Notes under the pieces: model-generated
The model's input: the letters and a program-made list of their open reading frames with translations, nothing else
What the model was told of the DNA's origin: nothing
Databases searched by the model: none
Assembly: GCA_018238625.1 (NCBI GenBank)
Contig: JABCSY010000008.1
Span: 1-64,000, forward strand
Direction: 5' to 3'
Length of the DNA stretch: 64,000 nucleotides
DNA from: Promethearchaeota archaeon
Lineage (GTDB): Archaea; Asgardarchaeota; Lokiarchaeia; Sigyniarchaeales; SOKP01
Shown: positions 58,715 to 64,000 of the stretch, piece by piece
How the letters are laid out: every line of letters begins with the position of its first letter
Numbering within the stretch: position 1 is the stretch's first letter
Made by a program: the position numbers and the translations under genes

Positions 58715-58939
58715 TTACAAACCTTTTAATTTTACGCCAAGAAACATTAGAAACCAAGCGAGAAATACTAGTCCCATTCCTATAACGCCCCAAGTTTCTG
58801 AGGGGGTGAATGTTCCAAGAGCCAAAGTGGGTAATACACCTGAAAATCCAAAGAATATTTCAGTTAATACAAACAATCCTCCCGCTAATACGAGGAAGGA
58901 GAACATTACAGTCCATTTTGTTGGTGGAGTCCAAGCCAT
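58715..58939 (-). CDS. 74-aa two-TM hairpin membrane protein, copy 1
   Basis: Same length and motifs as the other two; AGGTGA SD. Confidence 0.9.
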   Translation of the reverse strand: MAWTPPTKWTVMFSFLVLAGGLFVLTEIFFGFSGVLPTLALGTFTPSETWGVIGMGLVFLAWFLMFLGVKLKGL

Positions 58940-59045
58940 TTAATATCACCTAATTTATCAAAATATAATGTGTAATTAATATTTACTAATTATTCCTATA
59001 TATAAGTTTAATTTTTATAAACAAAAAGTAGGTATTTAATTTAAT

Positions 59046-59723
59046 TTAATTTATTTGTTTTTGATTTGTTTTTGGTGGTTGTATCTCAGAAGAATCTTGG
59101 TTATTATCATTAATTTTCTTTTGGTTTTTATCTCTATCTTCATCATCTTCTTGAAAAATATCCCGAATTATGCTTATTACGAGGAACACAGATATTATGA
59201 CTAGTAAAGGAATTAATAACCCAGACTCTGTTAAGACAATCTTTACCCATCCAATATATGGTATTCCACCTATTACCACCCCTATTATACGAGTTTCTGG
59301 GACAGATGCTTGATCTGGTAGCGAGTTAGCGTCCCCTTTTGTAATGAAATACCATGTATCTCCATTCAAATACTTACCAACTACGCGATGGACAATAGGT
59401 TCTTCAGGAGCTCCAACCCATAATCCACGAGCGTCAAATACTATTACATCTCCATTTTTATCTTCAGCTGTACCATTTATTATATCCTCAGGATTGGCAC
59501 CCGCTACGAATAATAAGTCTCCTTCGCGAATATTAGGCTCCATAGAGCCAGAAACTACGATAACTATAGGGGCCTCTGTATTAAGAACAACTTGTAAACC
59601 AAAATAGAGCAAAAAGGAGCCGAAGAACGCAATACATATCATTACACCAGCAATAATTACTTTTTTGTGAGATATGGGGGTTTTTTCTTTTTCTTTTGAG
59701 TTCTTCAAATTTTTCGTATCCAT
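59046..59723 (-). CDS. sec11: Signal peptidase I, archaeal/ER Sec11 type
   Basis: VVSGSMEP, GDLL, GDVIVF, PIVHRV, TKGDAN, IPYIGW. Confidence 0.93.
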   Translation of the reverse strand: MDTKNLKNSKEKEKTPISHKKVIIAGVMICIAFFGSFLLYFGLQVVLNTEAPIVIVVSGSMEPNIREGDLLFVAGANPEDIINGTAEDKNGDVIVFDARGLWVGAPEEPIVHRVVGKYLNGDTWYFITKGDANSLPDQASVPETRIIGVVIGGIPYIGWVKIVLTESGLLIPLLVIISVFLVISIIRDIFQEDDEDRDKNQKKINDNNQDSSEIQPPKTNQKQIN

Positions 59724-59948
59724 CTTTTTTAAAAATCTCCTTTCTCTTGTCTAAATAAATAAAGATGCTAATATATATTTTCTTCTTACACTAATGATGA
59801 GATTTAAAATATCGAATCGAGTTATTTCATGTGTTTTTTGGTCCTTTTTGTCTAGAAATAAATCTAGAGATAGTATTTTATAGAATAGCATCTTAAAATA
59901 TTTGTATTAAACTAATTAAAACATAAATCATCTCAAAAACTCATAAGG

Positions 59949-60485
59949 TTGAGGCTTTACTGCATGTTTTTAGAAGATCCGGTCTTAAAAGAATATATTA
60001 TTGACGATATTGTTAGAGAAGTTAATCATAAAGGATTGAATATCGAAAAGATTTATGTAGAGAGTTTTGTCGACAATTTTTTTGACGAATATGAACGATT
60101 ACCAAAAAGGAGTGAGATTAATCCTATTGTTTCAAGTTATATTAAAATGATCAAAGATAGCGCACCAATTATTGAATTATCTCAAACTTCTGATGAATTT
60201 AAATCAAATGTAGACGTGATTGAACCTGTAGTTAAAAGTTTTCTTCAGAAAAAAAACTTAATTGTCTCAATTAAAAGCGAAGGGCTTTTCTGTCGCTCAG
60301 GAGAAACATTAACGATTCCAAAACCAGAGGGCCGTAGATTATGTCCAATATGCGACAACGAAAACTGGTACAAAATCCATGAAACAATCGATCGAACAGA
60401 TATTATTTGCGATACAACGTTTCCTAAAATTTACGGAAAGAAATATACTTGTAGCGGTTGCGGAACTGTTTGGAAGGAAAAGTAA
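59949..60485 (+). CDS. Hypothetical protein with C-terminal zinc ribbon (same family as 27429)
   Basis: EGRRLCPIC...FPKIYGKKYTCSGCGTVWKEK. Confidence 0.8.
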   Translation: MRLYCMFLEDPVLKEYIIDDIVREVNHKGLNIEKIYVESFVDNFFDEYERLPKRSEINPIVSSYIKMIKDSAPIIELSQTSDEFKSNVDVIEPVVKSFLQKKNLIVSIKSEGLFCRSGETLTIPKPEGRRLCPICDNENWYKIHETIDRTDIICDTTFPKIYGKKYTCSGCGTVWKEK

Positions 60486-60686
60486 ATTCTGTAAGATAAC
60501 GTTACAAGTCTTAATGATTAAGATAATTTGCGTTGCGTTCCTTTCCCTCAATAAAGCATTCAATTTCGAGAAAAATCTGATTATATTTCATAAGTTTTAA
60601 AACTAGAAATTTTAAATAGTTCGAGGTTCAAAGTTAAATTAAAATAAAAAATTGACTTTCTTTTATTAAAATATTAAAAATTAAGC

Positions 60687-61655
60687 GTGTTAATTATGGA
60701 AACAGATTATGCAATAATTTATAATCCTATTGCTGGAAAACCAACACAGACCGAGAAAGATATAGAATATGCAAAAAAATGTTTAGATGATTTTAAGATT
60801 TCTTACAAGTTATTCAAAACAGAATTTGCAGGACATGCTATCAGTCTGGCTAACCAGTTAGCAAAAGAGGGATATCGTGTCATTGGAGCTGGCGGAGATG
60901 GAACTTGTAATGAAGTTTTTCACGGCGTTATTAGCTCTAATTCAGGAGCTTTATGCGGGTTTATCCCAATGGGTTCTGGAAACGACATCCCTGCGGCAAT
61001 TGGAATCACACCTGACATTAAAAGAGCGTGCGAAATTATAGCAGAAAACCACACTAGTAAGTCAGATATTGGGTTCGCCAAAACAGACGAAGGAGTAGAG
61101 CGATACTTTCTGGGCATTGGAAGCCAGGGATTTGACGGTGAGGTGGCTAGAAGATCAAATGAAAATAAAGAAAAAAATTATAATGCGATTATTCTTAAAA
61201 CGTTATTCTCGTGGAAAAGTAGAGAGATAAAGGTCACGATGGATAACGACACTTACGAAGGAATAGCTAACCTGGCTGCTGTAGGTAATGGAGGTGCTTA
61301 TGGGGGCGGGATGTATGTATGTCAAAGAGCTAAAGTTGATGATGGGTTATTTGATATAAGCGTAGTAAACATTGGAAAATTTAAACTTCTTCTTCAATTT
61401 AAAAGGATGTATGACGCGTCGCTTTTGCCTCATCCGGATATTTCTGAATACCAAAGCAAGAAAGTGAGGATTGAAATGAAAAATCCTGAAGATGAGCCTT
61501 ACGTGTGTCAAGTTGACGGCGAGGTTTTAGGGACCCTTCCAATTACATATGAAAGTATTAAAGACGGCTACGAATTTATTCGTCCCAAAATAGACGAAGT
61601 CGCAGAAGCATTTAAAGAGAAGTATGGAAGATACTTCTATGTATGTGAACATTAA
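60687..61655 (+). CDS. Diacylglycerol/lipid kinase family (YegS/DgkB-like)
   Basis: IYNPIAG, AGGDGTCNEV, PMGSGND, GFDG, YGGG, DDGLFD, QVDGE. Confidence 0.93.
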   Translation: MLIMETDYAIIYNPIAGKPTQTEKDIEYAKKCLDDFKISYKLFKTEFAGHAISLANQLAKEGYRVIGAGGDGTCNEVFHGVISSNSGALCGFIPMGSGNDIPAAIGITPDIKRACEIIAENHTSKSDIGFAKTDEGVERYFLGIGSQGFDGEVARRSNENKEKNYNAIILKTLFSWKSREIKVTMDNDTYEGIANLAAVGNGGAYGGGMYVCQRAKVDDGLFDISVVNIGKFKLLLQFKRMYDASLLPHPDISEYQSKKVRIEMKNPEDEPYVCQVDGEVLGTLPITYESIKDGYEFIRPKIDEVAEAFKEKYGRYFYVCEH

Positions 61656-61701
61656 ATAATATTTTATTTTCTTTTGAGAATTTAATTACATAAGTATTGA
61701 T

Positions 61702-62322
61702 ATGCCTGACTGGGACGATATATTCACAAAACGAGGTAAAGTCTTTACAAATCCACATCAAGATATGGAAAGATTAACCAAAGTCTTTAAGGAAAGTGGC
61801 GTTCAGCGCGTTTTAGACTTAGGATGTGGGGCCGGCAGGCATCTATTGTTTTTCTCAAAGAAAGGGTTTGATGTTTACGGTCTCGATAAATCGCCAAAAG
61901 GTTTAGAAATTGCTAAAAATTGGTTAGACGAAGAAAAATTATCAGCAAAACTAATAAATCAGAGAATTGATGAAAAATTTCCTTATGAGAACGATTTTTT
62001 TGATGTTATTATCTCAATTCAAGTAATTCATCATAATTTAATGAAAAAAATACGCTTTTCCGTTAAAGAAATTGAGAGAGTCTTAAAACCAAAAGGATTT
62101 ATTTTTATCACAGTTCCTTTTCTTCAAGTTTTCCCCGTAAAAAAGTGGGAATTGAAAAAAGTCGAAAAAAGAACTTATATTCCTCAATCAGGTCCAGAAG
62201 AGGGGCTTCCTCATCATTTCTTTACAATAGCTGAACTAAAACGTGTTTTTAACGCTTTTGAATTGTTAGAAATATATACAGATAAAACCAATCATCGCGC
62301 AATCTTAGGAAAGAAGAAATAA
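61702..62322 (+). CDS. Class I SAM-dependent methyltransferase
   Basis: VLDLGCGAGRH, FDVIIS, RVLKPKG. Confidence 0.92.
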   Translation: MPDWDDIFTKRGKVFTNPHQDMERLTKVFKESGVQRVLDLGCGAGRHLLFFSKKGFDVYGLDKSPKGLEIAKNWLDEEKLSAKLINQRIDEKFPYENDFFDVIISIQVIHHNLMKKIRFSVKEIERVLKPKGFIFITVPFLQVFPVKKWELKKVEKRTYIPQSGPEEGLPHHFFTIAELKRVFNAFELLEIYTDKTNHRAILGKKK

Positions 62323-62336
62323 AATGCAATGTCCGT

Positions 62337-63521
62337 TTAGACTGAATTTTTAGGTTTGATCAACCTTGAACGAACGATTAACAAAACAGATGCTATACCG
62401 ATGATTGGTAGAAGAATCACAATTAAAGTCAATAAATCAGAATTAGGAAGGTTAAAATCGTCGTTCCACGGAAATTTTCCTTGAAATTGGTTGTTAGGTT
62501 CTAAGTAGTTATTGTAAATGAATTGCTCTACTGTTTTTCCCGTTACTTCGAGACTATAATTTGAAATATGAGATAAATTATCTTCGGTCGTGTGATGGTA
62601 AGGCCAAGAGGGGTTATTCCAAAAGTTAATGATTAAATCTGCTGAGGGAATTCCGTAATTTACAAATGGTACGTGGTCATCGGTAATGGAATTGATTGTT
62701 GGATCAGAAGGAAATTGGGAAGTATATCCTAATTCTCTACCGGTCTCAAATAATTCGTTCAATAACGAGGAGGTTGAATGTTGTTCGCTAATAAATTTTA
62801 AATTTGCTCCTCCAACCATATCTAATAATATCATCGCATCAAAATGCTCTTTAGAAGAATTATAAAAGTTTTCAATGTCTTGTACAAATTTTGTAGAACC
62901 TTCACACCAGTCCCAAAGTAAAATTCCATGGCTATAATCATCACCTTGATCTTCCGCATCAAAAAACAAAAACCAAATTTGTACAGACAGATTTTGTCTT
63001 CTATCATATAAAACATTAGCAAGTTCTATTAAAACGGCGCTACCACTAGCTCCATCGTTGGCTCCTGGAACGGGTAAGTTTTGATTTGCGCTATCTTTTG
63101 TGGCTCTCGCCCTTGAGTCGTAATGAGCGCCTAAAATTAAAATATTAGAAAAGTTTTCGTTCATTTTAAACAACACATTTTGACAATCTACCGAATAAAT
63201 TGTAAAGTTATGAAGAGTGTAGTTTATCGAAGGTTCGATTTCTTGAAATTTTGAGACGAAATATGTGGCACAATCTTCTCTACCTTGAGTCCCAGGCGTC
63301 CTATAATGCGTTGTATTGATATTTAACTGATCTTCTACATATGTATACGCGTTATCACCGTTAAAATATAAATTAACATCTAAATTTGTGAATGTATTAC
63401 TATTCGATAATAAAATAATTGAGATAGTAATCGGTATTACCACAATTAGCACAATCGATATAGTCAAGATTAGTTTGTGAGATTTTTTTATATGAATCCA
63501 CCAATGATAAGATACATTCAA
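62337..63521 (-). CDS. M28-family metallopeptidase / glutaminyl cyclase-like, with N- and C-terminal TM helices
   Basis: GAHYDSR, GANDGASG, FFDAED, LLDMVG, DDHVPF, HHTTED. Confidence 0.88.
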   Translation of the reverse strand: MNVSYHWWIHIKKSHKLILTISIVLIVVIPITISIILLSNSNTFTNLDVNLYFNGDNAYTYVEDQLNINTTHYRTPGTQGREDCATYFVSKFQEIEPSINYTLHNFTIYSVDCQNVLFKMNENFSNILILGAHYDSRARATKDSANQNLPVPGANDGASGSAVLIELANVLYDRRQNLSVQIWFLFFDAEDQGDDYSHGILLWDWCEGSTKFVQDIENFYNSSKEHFDAMILLDMVGGANLKFISEQHSTSSLLNELFETGRELGYTSQFPSDPTINSITDDHVPFVNYGIPSADLIINFWNNPSWPYHHTTEDNLSHISNYSLEVTGKTVEQFIYNNYLEPNNQFQGKFPWNDDFNLPNSDLLTLIVILLPIIGIASVLLIVRSRLIKPKNSV

Positions 63522-63575
63522 ACAACTTAGTATTATTATAATAAAAATAAAAAATAAAAAATATATTTATTTAGT

Positions 63576-63998
63576 TTAGAGTGGTTCAAAACCTAAATCT
63601 ATTTTTGTTTCACCTTTTATATCTGTCTCCAAAAATGTAGATTTTACTGGCATACCTACGTTAATTGTTTCTGGTTTACTTTCGTCCACACCTACTAATT
63701 GGCCACTAACCATTGGTCCTTCGTCAAGCTTAATAACCGAGAAACAATAAGGTTTATTTCTGCCGTAGCCTTTCTCTACAAAAAAAGGTGTACCTACAGT
63801 AATGCATGTAAAGGCAGCAATTTTACCTTTTCCTGACATCTCAACCCATTCCATATTAGCTGAATTACATTTCGTGCATAACTTTCTAACAGGAACATAT
63901 TGCTCGCCACAATCTTTGCATTTTGAACCCATCAATTTTTTATTACGAATATAATCCAAATAACTTTCTATTGTAAAATCTTTATCTGCTTCTGTCAT
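63576..63998 (-). CDS. DUF35 Zn-ribbon OB-fold protein (acyl-CoA/thiolase partner)
   Basis: CKDCG..P...CTKC, SGKGKI, PY...LDEGP; start lies at the window edge. Confidence 0.9.
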   Translation of the reverse strand: MTEADKDFTIESYLDYIRNKKLMGSKCKDCGEQYVPVRKLCTKCNSANMEWVEMSGKGKIAAFTCITVGTPFFVEKGYGRNKPYCFSVIKLDEGPMVSGQLVGVDESKPETINVGMPVKSTFLETDIKGETKIDLGFEPL

Positions 63999-64000
63999 TT

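Larger units (their letters stand above)
57995..59015 (-). repeat. Tandem triplication with 360-bp period; each unit has a putative promoter, SD and 74-aa gene
   Basis: ORF ends at 57995, 58355, 58715; spacers 58220-58354 vs 58580-58714 differ at 15/135 positions. Confidence 0.95.

Noticed and set aside
57995-58939. ATP synthase c/K proteolipids or a CRISPR-like array
   Set aside because: No GxGxGxG or mid-TM2 carboxylate pattern and no ATPase operon; the units are 360-bp protein-coding duplications, not repeat-spacer units.
1-64000. Short antisense or overlapping ORFs in the track (e.g. 2189-2449, 2775-2969, 3646-4044, 17048-17383, 34723-35148, 49352-49726, 57942-58214, 58266-58589)
   Set aside because: They are shadows of well-supported genes on the opposite strand or in another frame, with no motifs of their own.
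1-64000. tRNA, rRNA, CRISPR arrays, transposases/integrases, selenoprotein read-through
   Set aside because: I saw no GC-rich structured islands, repeat-spacer arrays or transposase motifs; TGA-ending ORFs stop at natural family C-termini. A short RNA could be missed without a covariance search.

Overview
AT-rich (about 30% GC by eye), gene-dense archaeal DNA, most likely Asgard Lokiarchaeia/Promethearchaeia. Archaeal markers are Alba, a histone, Taw2, Sec11, a DUF35 protein and GGTGA/GGAGG Shine-Dalgarno sites. The Asgard call rests on a degenerate small GTPase, stand-alone 7TM proteins and a C2-like protein. I saw no rRNA, tRNA, CRISPR array or transposase. The main signal lies at 3.1-15.3 kb. 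Two paralogous gene sets together encode the domain set of the anaerobic plasmalogen/ether-lipid reductases PlsA/PlsR/Ger (HgdC-type ATP-dependent activase, DUF2229/COG3580, COG3581/HGD-D-like). One subunit is fused in frame to a DHCR24/BfaA-like FAD oxidoreductase, and the second set is followed by a PlsC-type acyltransferase. Both sets share a 96-bp, 96%-identical upstream element with paired palindromes. Other notable items: a non-pyrrolysine MttB + corrinoid + homocysteine methyltransferase operon; a pseudo-GTPase/Zn-ribbon/2x7TM cluster; a C2-like gene with a probable ATA start; a GIFT-RHH-SAP fusion; and an exact 360-bp triple repeat of diversifying 74-aa membrane proteins beside a short histone and an ET-tailed Alba. 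All family calls are from motif recognition by eye; no searches were run.
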